A DNA stretch of 32,000 nt from Vibrio cholerae ATCC 14035 (GCF_000621645.1 NZ_JHXR01000023.1:20491-52490); one strand, 5' to 3'; shown: positions 1 through 10,215, numbered from the stretch's first letter. The notes: generated from the letters alone by a model not told the origin. Made by a program: numbers and translations.

Positions 1-475
1 GGAAGACGTAATCGGTATCTTGCGCCATGACCATGGCGATAAACGCGAGTTGACGCTGACCACCACTCAGTTCATCCAGATACTGATACTGAATGGTTTC
101 GAGATCGAGATACTCGATCGCTTGGTTGATGATCTGCTCATCTTGTGTGGTCAATTTTCCTTGGCTGTAAGGAAAACGGCCAAAAGCCGTCAACTCTCGC
201 ACCGTAAAACGCATATTGAGCACATTCGATTGACGCAACACCGCTAGCTTTTGGGCCAGCGCCTTGGTGTTCCACTCCACCAACTCACGCTGCTCAATCC
301 AGACTTTACCGGCATCCCGATTGACCAAACGGCTCGCCATTGAAAGCAGCGTACTTTTGCCTGCGCCATTAGGGCCGATAATCGCCGTCACCTGCCCTTT
401 ATCAAACTGAGCACTGGCGTCATGTACCACGCGCTTGGTACCAAAATGTTTGGTGAGCTTTTCCAGTTGAATCAT
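1..475 (-). CDS. vctC: Siderophore ABC transporter ATP-binding protein, 3' end cut by the window edge
   Basis: Absent from the ORF track because it runs off the window. The reverse complement from the ATG at 475-473 reads MIQLEKLTKHFGTKRVVHDASAQFDKGQVTAIIGPNGAGKSTLL (Walker A). Near position 1 it reads ELSGGQRQLAFIAMVMAQDTDYVF (ABC signature). It starts 3 nt after the upstream permease stop, so the genes form a coupled operon. Confidence 0.85.
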   Translation of the reverse strand, partial: MIQLEKLTKHFGTKRVVHDASAQFDKGQVTAIIGPNGAGKSTLLSMASRLVNRDAGKVWIEQRELVEWNTKALAQKLAVLRQSNVLNMRFTVRELTAFGRFPYSQGKLTTQDEQIINQAIEYLDLETIQYQYLDELSGGQRQLAFIAMVMAQDTDYVF

Positions 476-477
476 TG

Positions 478-1428
478 CTAAACCACTTTATTGCGAAGTA
501 ACAGCGAGAGGAAATAGATCCCGCCGATAAAATTGATCACCACACTCAAGGTGGTCCCGAAATGAAACACTTTTTCGATGATCCACTGGCCTGACAATAG
601 TGCGCACACCGACATCGCCGACGTGGCAAGCAGCAAGGTGGAGTGACGATAAGAGCGGAACCATTCGCGAGTCAGGTTTGTCACCAGCAGCCCAAAAAAC
701 AGAATGGGCCCGACCAGAGCGGTGGAAATCGAAATCAGCAGCGCGCTGATCAGCAAGACATTACGCGTCACTTTGTGTACATCGACACCTAAACTCACCG
801 CGTTATCTTTATCTAACCAGAACACATCGAGCACACGATGCTGACGGAACAGCAGCACGCAAGCCAATAGCAGCAGAGGCGACACCACATACACCAACTT
901 GGTGTTGACGTTATTAAAGCTGGCGAACATGTTAGCCTGCACCGAAGCAAAATCGTTCGGATCCATCAACATCACAAAGAAAGAGGCGATGCTGGAAAAA
1001 AGCTGGCCTAAAATCACCCCAAGCAGTAACAGCACAATCAAGTTGCGATGCCCACTTCGGAAATAAAAAGTAAACAGCAGCGTCGAGAAGCTGAGCATCG
1101 CCGCCACCGACAGTGAAAAATTCCAGTACACGTTCATCGCAATACTGCTCATGCCCCCAAACAGCACCACGACCAACACTTGGGTGAACATGTATAAAGC
1201 ATCAAACCCCATAATACTCGGCGTTAAAATACGGTTATGGGTGATGGTTTGAAACGCCAACGACGACTGCGCAATCGCAATGCCAGCAAAGACCATAGCC
1301 AACACTTTCGGCACACGACGCGATAAAAAATACTGGTAGTTGTCCGCATTGAGCCCGACGCCAATAAACAGCGCCGCAAACAGCAGAGAAATCGCGATCA
1401 GCAGCAGTAATTTCGTTCTATCCTGCAT
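478..1428 (-). CDS. vctG: FecCD/BtuC-type siderophore ABC permease
   Basis: 316-aa ORF that is hydrophobic throughout and shows the typical FecCD-family permease pattern. Its ATG overlaps the vctD stop by 11 nt. It is followed immediately by the ATPase gene. Confidence 0.9.
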   Translation of the reverse strand: MQDRTKLLLLIAISLLFAALFIGVGLNADNYQYFLSRRVPKVLAMVFAGIAIAQSSLAFQTITHNRILTPSIMGFDALYMFTQVLVVVLFGGMSSIAMNVYWNFSLSVAAMLSFSTLLFTFYFRSGHRNLIVLLLLGVILGQLFSSIASFFVMLMDPNDFASVQANMFASFNNVNTKLVYVVSPLLLLACVLLFRQHRVLDVFWLDKDNAVSLGVDVHKVTRNVLLISALLISISTALVGPILFFGLLVTNLTREWFRSYRHSTLLLATSAMSVCALLSGQWIIEKVFHFGTTLSVVINFIGGIYFLSLLLRNKVV

Positions 1429-2356
1429 GACGCTGCCCTCGCAAAATCAAGGCAATAAACACCGAACCACCTAAAATACTGATGATCATAGAGATGGGGA
1501 CTTCATACGGGAAGATGATGACGCGCCCCACTAAATCACATAACAACACGAACATCGCCCCGAAAATGGCAGTGCGCGGAATATTTTTACGCAAATTATC
1601 GCCGTAATAGAGGCTGACTAGATTAGGCACAATCAAACCCAAGAAAGGCAGTTGACCGACAATCATGACCACGGTCGCCGACATGATGGAGACTAAGGCC
1701 ACACCGATGATCATGACCTGTTGATAATTCAAACCCAGATTGGTCGCAAAATCTTTTCCCATCCCCACGGCAGAAATGCGTGCGGCGTACAAATAGCTGA
1801 AAATAGCCACTGGGATTGCGATATAGAGCAGTTCAAAATCCCCTTTAAGCAGGTTGGCAAAATTGGCAACAGCCCAACCGGAAAGATTTTGGATAGCATC
1901 ATATTTGTAGGCAATAAAGGTCGCCAAAGAGTCAATCACATTGCCAAAAATGATGCCGATCAGCGGCACGAAAATGACGTTTTTAAACTGAATGCGCTGA
2001 ATGAAAAACACAAAGACCAGCGTACCCAACATGGAGACGCCGAAAATCAACCAGAGGTTTTGACCATGGCCAAACAGAACTAGGCTAAGCACGTAACCGA
2101 GCATGGCACACTCAATCGTGCCGGAAGTCGATGGTGAGGCAAATCGGTTTTGACTCACTTGCTGCATGATAAGACCCGCGATGCTTAAACCCGCACCGGA
2201 GAGCAAAATCGCTAATAATCGGGGGACTCGGCTAGTCAGCAGTAACTGCCAAGCTGACTCATCACCTTGAAACAAGGCTGCGAGGGATAAATTGCCCACG
2301 CCAACAAACAGGGAACAAAAACTAATAACAACTAAAACAAGCAATAACTTTTTCAA
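1418..2356 (-). CDS. vctD: FecCD/BtuC-type siderophore ABC permease
   Basis: 312-aa polytopic membrane ORF. The TTG start at 2356 has GAGG about 9 nt upstream. It is the second gene of the binding protein-permease-permease-ATPase operon. Confidence 0.9.
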   Translation of the reverse strand: MKKLLLVLVVISFCSLFVGVGNLSLAALFQGDESAWQLLLTSRVPRLLAILLSGAGLSIAGLIMQQVSQNRFASPSTSGTIECAMLGYVLSLVLFGHGQNLWLIFGVSMLGTLVFVFFIQRIQFKNVIFVPLIGIIFGNVIDSLATFIAYKYDAIQNLSGWAVANFANLLKGDFELLYIAIPVAIFSYLYAARISAVGMGKDFATNLGLNYQQVMIIGVALVSIMSATVVMIVGQLPFLGLIVPNLVSLYYGDNLRKNIPRTAIFGAMFVLLCDLVGRVIIFPYEVPISMIISILGGSVFIALILRGQRHAG

Positions 2357-2408
2357 AGTAAACCTCAGCCTGTCAGCAAGAGGAGAGTTCCCCCTCCTCC
2401 GTGCTTAT

Positions 2409-3320
2409 TTACTGCATACCAACTGACGCTTTCATGTCGGCAACCATCTGCTCTGTCGCTTTCACGCCAGAGATAGCGATGTACCAAGCATTCACATCGA
2501 GATAAGCAATATGGCCGTTTTTGTAAGCTGTGGTGGCTTTAACCAGATCATTTTCAAAGGTTTGGCGAATATTGGTTTCACCTTTAGTCACCACTTTATC
2601 TCGGTCAACCACCAGCAAGGTTTTCGGATTGTGTTCACGGATGTACTCAAATGAGATCAGATCACCATGGCTGCTCTCTTTGCTGACTGGCACGGTTTCA
2701 CTAAATCCAAAATCTTTGTACACCGAAGAGAAGCGTGAATTGGCACCAAAAGTCGTCAGGTTGCCGCCAGAGCTCATGACCAACATCGCATCACTTTTAT
2801 GTTGTTGGTTGTATTGCATGATGGATTTAAATTGCGCGTCAACTTGCTCAATTTTGGCTTCGACCGCAGGCTCAATCGCAAACACTTTGCCTAGGTTACG
2901 CCACTGCTGTTGAGTGCTTTCCCAATAACCTTGGTCAGCTTCAGCAGCAAAAACGATGGTCGGTGCAATTTTTGATAGCTCGTCGTAGCTTTTCGATGCA
3001 CGCGGCCCAATCACAATCAGATCCGGTTTTTGGGTATAAATCGTTTCAAAATCTGGCTCAAACAACGAACCTGCACTTGGATACTTATCACTCTTGTATT
3101 TGGCAAGATAGTCAGGAGTACCATCAAATTTGGAAACGGCAACCGGCTCAATACCGAAACTGTCGATAGCGTCCAGAGCCCCCACACCAATAACCACTAC
3201 ACGTTGCGGTTTCTGCTCAAGGGTGGTTTTACCCAAGCGATGTTCAATCGTTACTGTCTCTGCTTGTGCAGCAAACGCAGCCAATAATCCTAATGCAGCC
3301 CAATGAATACGAGATTTCAT
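2409..3320 (-). CDS. vctP: Periplasmic catechol-siderophore binding protein
   Basis: The ORF track extends to 3410. The internal ATG at 3320 is preceded by GGAAGGA and gives the signal peptide MKSRIHWAALGLLAAFAAQA/ETV. The body looks like a class-III (CeuE/FatB-like) binding protein. It is the first gene of the operon. Confidence 0.9.
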   Translation of the reverse strand: MKSRIHWAALGLLAAFAAQAETVTIEHRLGKTTLEQKPQRVVVIGVGALDAIDSFGIEPVAVSKFDGTPDYLAKYKSDKYPSAGSLFEPDFETIYTQKPDLIVIGPRASKSYDELSKIAPTIVFAAEADQGYWESTQQQWRNLGKVFAIEPAVEAKIEQVDAQFKSIMQYNQQHKSDAMLVMSSGGNLTTFGANSRFSSVYKDFGFSETVPVSKESSHGDLISFEYIREHNPKTLLVVDRDKVVTKGETNIRQTFENDLVKATTAYKNGHIAYLDVNAWYIAISGVKATEQMVADMKASVGMQ

Positions 3321-3365
3321 ATGTTCCTTCCGAAAGTGGTTGAGATAAGCAAGTGGAATCATTTT

Positions 3366-3384
3366 GATACTTATTCTCATTAAG
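3366..3384 (-). promoter_or_regulatory. Fur box upstream of vctP
   Basis: The minus strand reads CTTAATGAGAATAAGTATC, matching 14 of 19 positions of the Fur consensus GATAATGATAATCATTATC. It lies 46-64 nt upstream of the vctP ATG. vctPDGC is known to be iron/Fur regulated. Confidence 0.65.
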
Positions 3385-3527
3385 AGAGTGCGTACTATAA
3401 TCAAAACCAACTTGGCAATGCAACTGTGTGAGGGAAGATATCGTTGAACAATTTAGAAATGCACAAACCCTCGCCAATTCTTATCAATAGCAAGGGTCTA
3501 CAAGATTCATTTAATGAATTTGATTCA

Positions 3528-3725
3528 TACCCAAACCACTTGGAGTTGCAGGTAGGCGGCAAGTGAGTGACAAATTTGTCTGGAACAAATTTGCACAGCC
3601 ATCGGCTGGCCTTTGGTGAGAGCCAAGGATGGCTCTCACAATCCCCATGAACATAGATAGACTATGTGGTTGGGGAGAACTAACGTAGCCAACACCGCTG
3701 CAGCTTCAAGTAGGAAGGGGATAGC
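3528..3725. repeat. ERIC/IRU palindromic repeat carrying a 70-bp internal insert
   Basis: The arms ATACCCAAACCACTTGGAGTTGCAGGTAGGCGGCAAGTGAGTGA and ATCCCCATGAACATAGATAGACTATGTGGTTGGGGAGAACTAACGTAGCCAACACCGCTGCAGCTTCAAGTAGGAAGGGGATAG align with the 128-bp copy at 14862-14989 (reverse complement) and with the enterobacterial ERIC consensus as I recall it. The arms are separated by 3571-3640, which contains two perfect hairpins. Confidence 0.85.
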
Positions 3726-4484
3726 TTAAATAAGGTATGACTGACACTCAGCCCCAAGCACATGCGTAATGGTTTGTGGCTCTACCAATAACCAATTAGG
3801 ACAAGCATCCAAGGGCTCGGAGGCTAAGATGATTCCATCTTGCCAAGGTTTGCGGTAAACCGTCGGCGGTTGACCATCGGTACTGTAACGAACCAGCCAA
3901 AACTGTTGACCATCAGAGAGACAAATAGAGGCTTTAAACGGTAACACGACGCTTTTTACGACCATCAAGGCTTCTATTTCCGCAATGGTTTGGCGAATAG
4001 CTGCCACCGGATCTCGCTCTAAACCATTTTTGAGCATCAATAGGAAAATCAATTCGCTGTCCGTCGTACCGATGCGCCGAATGTATAAATGCTCAGGCAG
4101 TGAGCGCTCCAGCTCATATTTCACCGCACAATAGTCACCAATTTGGCCGTTATGCAGAAACATCCAGTGGTTATACATGAAGGGATGACAGTTTGAACGC
4201 GATACTTGCGTGCCCGTCGATGAACGAACGTGAGCCATAAAGCGATGTGAGCGAATATGGTGAGCCAATGAGCGTAGATTCTCATCTCCCCAAGCCGGTA
4301 ACACTTCGTGGAAGCGTCCCGGCGTGCTGCGCTCTGTGTACCAACCTAGGCCAAACCCATCCGCGTTGACTCGAGTTACCGCTTTACGCGCTTCCAGACT
4401 TTGGTGAACTAACGAATGCTCTGGTTGATAAACCAACTGCTCTAAATAGATGGGGCTCCCTTGATAAGCCAGCCAGCGACACAT
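3726..4484 (-). CDS. Class-II (Ntn) glutamine amidotransferase, YafJ/EgtC-like
   Basis: The ATG at 4484 gives MCRWLAYQGSPIYLEQL, with the catalytic Cys2 typical of class-II GATases. The ORF track starts 2 codons earlier at a GTG. The product is 252 aa. Confidence 0.8.
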   Translation of the reverse strand: MCRWLAYQGSPIYLEQLVYQPEHSLVHQSLEARKAVTRVNADGFGLGWYTERSTPGRFHEVLPAWGDENLRSLAHHIRSHRFMAHVRSSTGTQVSRSNCHPFMYNHWMFLHNGQIGDYCAVKYELERSLPEHLYIRRIGTTDSELIFLLMLKNGLERDPVAAIRQTIAEIEALMVVKSVVLPFKASICLSDGQQFWLVRYSTDGQPPTVYRKPWQDGIILASEPLDACPNWLLVEPQTITHVLGAECQSYLI

Positions 4485-4622
4485 AACCACGTCCTGTAAA
4501 AAAGTATTTCTGATTTCAATAAAGCATGTTTAGTTACAGGGTGCAATACGGGGTGAAAAATATAACTGAATTCTAGCCAACGCTTGCAGTATAAGGCTTC
4601 AATCCGCTCTCGATTCGTCGCC

Positions 4623-4679
4623 CTATCCCCTCTTTGTGACCGATCAACACCGCTGCGGCGTCAAGTAGGAAAGGGATAG
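4623..4679. repeat. Internally deleted (short) ERIC-like repeat
   Basis: CTATCCCCTCTTTGTGAC...CAACACCGCTGCGGCGTCAAGTAGGAAAGGGATAG retains both ERIC termini as inverted repeats (CTATCCCCTCTTT / AAAGGGATAG). The central part is missing. Confidence 0.7.
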
Positions 4680-5076
4680 AGTGTACCAAAACCGCTCACA
4701 CCACGACAGCGTCAAATCGAAACAAAATCAATGAAGCAAGATCAAATTATTTCCCTTTATTTTATCGTCAATCGAGTGATGGGATTTCGCATATATTGAT
4801 AGCATGTTTAATTTCACTGATTATTTATTGTGCTCTAATTGCTTTATTTAACAGACCTAACTAACAATTACGATGTTTTATATCGACATAGATATCATTT
4901 ATCCATGTCGATATTGTGCATAGTTAATTGTCTTATTAGTCATTTATTCGATTGATGATTTGTTTACTGAATGTGTTGCAAATGTGATGCTATGCCAAAC
5001 AATGAATAATTCAGGCTTGCTATGAATTATCGCCAGCCATAAATTGTTACAAATACTTTACATATGGATATGTACT

Positions 5077-5349
5077 ATGCGCACCCTATTTGGATTATGG
5101 GTAATCTGCTATTCCACCTTATTATTTGCCAATGCTCAGCCTAATGATGAAAAGCTAGTTAGTGCCTTGATTGAACAAGGCATTATCTGCGAAGGGCTTT
5201 CTTATGAGCAGCAACAAAAAGCATTATCCCTCTACTTACAGCAAAGGTTTAATAATAAGAATAACGATATCAAAGCTGATAGCGAATCCTCTTCCTCAGG
5301 TGAAAACCCTGAATTAAAGCCACGCTGTATTAATCCAGAGTCGCCATAG
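5077..5349 (+). CDS. Small secreted hypothetical protein with a PrtV/InhA pro-region-like motif
   Basis: The ATG at 5077 gives the signal-like N-terminus MRTLFGLWVICYSTLLFANA. The next 36 aa align without gaps to PrtV residues just after its signal peptide (11 identities). No convincing RBS. Lies 85 nt upstream of prtV on the same strand. Confidence 0.45.
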   Translation: MRTLFGLWVICYSTLLFANAQPNDEKLVSALIEQGIICEGLSYEQQQKALSLYLQQRFNNKNNDIKADSESSSSGENPELKPRCINPESP

Positions 5350-5433
5350 CCATCACCCAATCTGGTTAACCGAAGATTGTTATTTTCGGCTGGCCTTTTC
5401 ACACCTTAAATAAGGAAATATTAAGGAAATAAA

Positions 5434-8190
5434 ATGAAAACGATCAAAAAAACGCTATTAGCTGCCGCCATAGCCAGTTTTTTCAGCAGTGGATTATACG
5501 CTCAAACACCCATTGATTTAGGCGTGGTGAATGAGGATAAATTAATTGAAATGTTAGTCCGCACCGGACAAATTCCTGCCGATGCCTCTGACGTTGATAA
5601 ACGTATTGCGCTAGAACGTTATCTGGAGGAGAAAATTCGCTCCGGATTCAAAGGTGATGCGCAATTTGGTAAGAAAGCGCTCGAGCAGCGTGCGAAAATT
5701 CTTAAAGTGATCGATAAGCAAAAAGGCCCGCACAAGGCGCGTGTTTTTGCTTTAGATGTTGGTCAAAAGCGCACGGACAAAGTGCTCGCGCTATTGATCG
5801 ATTTCCCCGATCTCCCTTGGGATGATAACCGCCTGACGAAAGAGCATACTGAGATGCTCTACGATCGTTATGAGCCTTCTCACTACCAAGATTTGCTGTT
5901 CTCGGACAAAGGCTATACCGGTCCAAACGGTGAAAACTTTATCTCAATGCGTCAATATTACGAGAGTGAATCTGGCAACAGCTACAGTGTCTCCGGCCAA
6001 GCAGCAGGATGGTATCGTGCCTCAAAAAATGCGGCTTATTACGGTGGCAACTCTCCCGGTACCAACAATGATATGAATGCTCGGGAGCTGGTTCGCGAAG
6101 CACTGGATCAACTTGCGCGCGATCCAAACATTAACCTTGCCGATTACGATATCGAAGATCGCTATGACTACAACGGTAACGGTAATTTCCGTGAGCCAGA
6201 TGGCGTGATAGATCACTTGATGATTTTCCATGCCTCTGTGGGTGAAGAAGCGGGTGGCGGTGTGTTGGGCGCGGATGCGATTTGGTCACACCGTTTTAAC
6301 CTCGGCCGTTACCATGTTCTTGAAGGCACGAAAAGCAACGTTCCTGGACGCTTCAATGGCCAATTCGCTGCCTTTGATTACACCATTCAACCGATTGATG
6401 CGGCTGCCGGCGTGTGTGCCCACGAATATGGTCACGATTTAGGTCTGCCCGATGAATATGACACCCAGTACACAGGTACGGGAGAGCCCGTCTCTTATTG
6501 GTCAATCATGTCATCTGGCAGCTGGGCGGGCAAAATTGGCGGTACACAGCCCACGGCTTTCAGTTCATGGGCTAAGCAGTTCTTACAAAATTCGATTGGC
6601 GGACGCTGGATTAACCATGAGCAGCTTTCGATTAATGAGTTAGAAGCCAAACCGCGCGTGGTTACGCTATTCCAAACCACAGATAACTCACGCCCGAACA
6701 TGGTGAAAGTGACTCTGCCGATGAAACGGGTTGAAGGCATTAAGCCTGCAGAAGGTGAGTTCTCCTTCTACTCGAACCGTGGCGATGATCTGAAAAACCG
6801 AATGAGCCGTCCATTGACGATCCCAGCAGGCAGCCAAGCCACGTTGCGCTTTAAAGCGTGGTTCCAGATTGAAAAAGATTACGACTACGCGCGTGTGCTG
6901 ATTAACGGCAAACCGATTGCCGGTAATATCACGACGATGGATGATCCGTTTAAATCAGGTTTAGTACCTGCCATCTCAGGCCAATCTGATGGCTGGGTAG
7001 ATGCGCAATTTGATCTCTCTGCTTGGGCAGGCCAAACCGTTGAACTGGCATTTGATTACTTGACGGATGGCGGTCTGGCCATGGAAGGTCTGTATGTCGA
7101 TGACTTACGTCTTGAGGTGGATGGCAATCAGACCTTGATCGATAACGCAGAAGGCACATCCAGCTTTGCGTTCCAAGGTTTCACCAAAAACGGTGGCTTC
7201 CACGAAGCCAATCACTATTACTTGCTGCAATGGCGCAGCCATAATGACGTTGACCAAGGCTTAGCCAATTTGAAACGCTTCGGGCAACTGATGTCATTCG
7301 AGCCGGGCTTGCTGGTGTGGTATGTGGACGAATCTTACGCGGATAACTGGGTTGGCAAACATCCGGGTGAAGGCTGGCTAGGCGTGGTCGATGCCGACCA
7401 AAATGCCTTGGTCTGGTCAAAAACAGGGGAAGTGGCACAAACGCGTTTCCAAGTGCGTGATGCAACCTTCTCACTGTTTGATCAAGCGCCGCTCAAACTG
7501 GTCACGGCTGATGGCAATACGCTGGAAGATATGAACTTAACCGCGAATGCCTCGTTCTCGGACGATCAAGATTACAGCTCGCCTCAAGCTCCAGATTCTG
7601 GCCGCAAAGTGATGCCATTTGGTTTGAAGATCGACCTGCTCTCACAAAGTAAAGAGAATGAGTACGGTGTTGTTCGCTTGTCGAAAGTCACCACGGAAAA
7701 TATCGCGCCTGTGGCTCGCTTTGAACTGAAAGTCGAGGGGCTCTCTGTGATGTCACAAAACACCAGTAGTGATAGCGATGGCAATATCGTCAGTTATTTG
7801 TGGGATTTTGGTAACGGTCAAACCAGTACCGAAGCCGCTCCAACTTGGTCATATACCAAAGCAGGCAGTTACTCTGTCACTTTAACGGTGACGGATGACA
7901 AAGGCGATAGCGATACTCATCAGCAAACCATTAAAGTGGACACACCGAATGCGTTACCACAAGCCAGTGCCAACTATATCCATTTAGGTCGCTGGGTCAC
8001 CATGTGGTCAACCAGCACCGACAGTGATGGCCGCATTGTCGACACCGAATGGACACTGCCGAATGGTAAAATTAAGCGGGGTCGTATGTTTACTGCGATT
8101 TTCCCAAGCTATGGGCACCATGATGTGCAGCTCAAAGTGATGGATGACCGCGGCGCAGTCACCACCATCACCATCAAAGTCAAACTGTAA
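5434..8190 (+). CDS. prtV: Secreted M6-family (InhA-like) zinc metalloprotease with two C-terminal PKD domains
   Basis: 918-aa ORF with RBS AAGGAAAT and signal peptide MKTIKKTLLAAAIASFFSSGLYA. The zinc motif HEYGHDLGLPDEYD is encoded at about 6421. Two PKD-like repeats occur at the C-terminus (WDFGNGQTS...TLTVTDDKG and TDSDGRIVDTEW...KVMDDRG). Confidence 0.95.
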   Translation: MKTIKKTLLAAAIASFFSSGLYAQTPIDLGVVNEDKLIEMLVRTGQIPADASDVDKRIALERYLEEKIRSGFKGDAQFGKKALEQRAKILKVIDKQKGPHKARVFALDVGQKRTDKVLALLIDFPDLPWDDNRLTKEHTEMLYDRYEPSHYQDLLFSDKGYTGPNGENFISMRQYYESESGNSYSVSGQAAGWYRASKNAAYYGGNSPGTNNDMNARELVREALDQLARDPNINLADYDIEDRYDYNGNGNFREPDGVIDHLMIFHASVGEEAGGGVLGADAIWSHRFNLGRYHVLEGTKSNVPGRFNGQFAAFDYTIQPIDAAAGVCAHEYGHDLGLPDEYDTQYTGTGEPVSYWSIMSSGSWAGKIGGTQPTAFSSWAKQFLQNSIGGRWINHEQLSINELEAKPRVVTLFQTTDNSRPNMVKVTLPMKRVEGIKPAEGEFSFYSNRGDDLKNRMSRPLTIPAGSQATLRFKAWFQIEKDYDYARVLINGKPIAGNITTMDDPFKSGLVPAISGQSDGWVDAQFDLSAWAGQTVELAFDYLTDGGLAMEGLYVDDLRLEVDGNQTLIDNAEGTSSFAFQGFTKNGGFHEANHYYLLQWRSHNDVDQGLANLKRFGQLMSFEPGLLVWYVDESYADNWVGKHPGEGWLGVVDADQNALVWSKTGEVAQTRFQVRDATFSLFDQAPLKLVTADGNTLEDMNLTANASFSDDQDYSSPQAPDSGRKVMPFGLKIDLLSQSKENEYGVVRLSKVTTENIAPVARFELKVEGLSVMSQNTSSDSDGNIVSYLWDFGNGQTSTEAAPTWSYTKAGSYSVTLTVTDDKGDSDTHQQTIKVDTPNALPQASANYIHLGRWVTMWSTSTDSDGRIVDTEWTLPNGKIKRGRMFTAIFPSYGHHDVQLKVMDDRGAVTTITIKVKL

Positions 8191-8215
8191 TTCTTCCTTC
8201 TCCTTCCATGGATTT

Positions 8216-8240
8216 GGGCACCTTCGGGTGCCCCTTTTTT
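8216..8240 (+). terminator. Rho-independent terminator of prtV
   Basis: GGGCACC-TTCG-GGTGCCC followed by CTTTTTT, 26 nt after the prtV stop. It lies between convergent prtV and lipB. Confidence 0.85.
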
Positions 8241-8265
8241 AAGGCTCATGCCAATGCGAAAAGCC

Positions 8266-9120
8266 TTATTCTCCGTTATCTTTCAGCCGCTCTAACGCAT
8301 CAATACGCCGCCACTGCTCAGGCGCAAAGTGCTGCTCTCGTAACTGCTGAATTTGGGTTTGCTGCTCACTGGCCGAGAGCTCGTTGCGAACTAATATAGC
8401 GGCCCGCGCTTGATAATAGTCCTGAAACTGCTGTTCAAACGTCGCACGGGAATCATCGAGCTCCGCTAAACGCTGCGCCCCTTGCTCACCCACCAAGGCA
8501 ACGCGAGCCAAATAGCGTTGCTGCGTATCCCCCTGCCCCGCTTGAGTTAACTGCGGCAATAGCTGCGCTGTCGCCTCACTACGCTGAATAAAATCGGGCT
8601 GGTCGAGCAACAGCGCTTGCCAAGCTCGCTGCGCCTCTTCACTTTGCCCATACTGCTCATAAATTCGGCGCTTTTCGATCGCCAATTCGCGCAGCCGATT
8701 CTCCTCTGCAAACAGCGCTTGCTGCTCAGCAGAAAAATAACGAGCTTGCAGATCTAACAAGCTCTGGTGCAATTGCCACCACTCTTGGGTCGAAAGCCCC
8801 CCGCTGGCTTGCGGCAGCGTCAGCTCAGATAACGCCGCTTTATACTGCACATATTGTGCAAACAGACTGCTATCAATGAGCAAGCCTTGGTTTTCCTGCT
8901 CATAACGCTGCACTTGCTGCTGAATCACGGGTAAAGACGTTTCACCCAAGCCTGAGAGAAAATATTCCAAGAGATCGCGCGGACTCGATTGATCTGCTTG
9001 TATGTCCGCCTGCGATGGCGTGGTCACTAAAGGCCGAGAGGGATACCAAGATGGCCAAACAATCGCACAGAGTGCCCCTATGGTCACCAAAATCCCCAAA
9101 CTCCATGCGATTTTTTTCAT
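8266..9120 (-). CDS. lipB: Lipase-specific foldase/chaperone (Lif family)
   Basis: 284-aa ORF with an N-terminal membrane anchor (MKKIAWSLGILVTIGALCAIVW) and a Q/A/L-rich helical body. It starts 9 nt after the lipA stop. Confidence 0.9.
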   Translation of the reverse strand: MKKIAWSLGILVTIGALCAIVWPSWYPSRPLVTTPSQADIQADQSSPRDLLEYFLSGLGETSLPVIQQQVQRYEQENQGLLIDSSLFAQYVQYKAALSELTLPQASGGLSTQEWWQLHQSLLDLQARYFSAEQQALFAEENRLRELAIEKRRIYEQYGQSEEAQRAWQALLLDQPDFIQRSEATAQLLPQLTQAGQGDTQQRYLARVALVGEQGAQRLAELDDSRATFEQQFQDYYQARAAILVRNELSASEQQTQIQQLREQHFAPEQWRRIDALERLKDNGE

Positions 9121-9129
9121 GGCAAGCTC

Positions 9130-10215
<1,086 letters not shown>

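Noticed and set aside
1721-2083. 120-aa plus-strand ORF (and the 68-aa ORF at 1729..1935) inside vctD
   Set aside because: It lies entirely antisense to, or out of frame within, a well-supported permease gene. It has no RBS and a low-complexity composition, typical of a shadow ORF.
3321-3410. 30-codon N-terminal extension of vctP in the ORF track
   Set aside because: The extension covers the Fur box and promoter. The internal ATG at 3320 has a strong RBS and yields a proper signal peptide.
2530-3477. Several 68-127-aa ORFs on both strands overlapping vctP and its upstream region (2530..2913, 2963..3169, 3030..3287, 3244..3477)
   Set aside because: These are shadow ORFs of the binding-protein gene or read through the Fur-box/promoter region. 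None has a recognisable motif or translation signal.
5702-7784. About ten 62-97-aa ORFs within prtV on both strands
   Set aside because: All are nested in the 918-aa protease frame, which has clear catalytic and PKD motifs. They are statistical shadows.
8208-8399. 63-aa plus-strand ORF after prtV
   Set aside because: It starts inside the prtV terminator hairpin and runs antisense into lipB.
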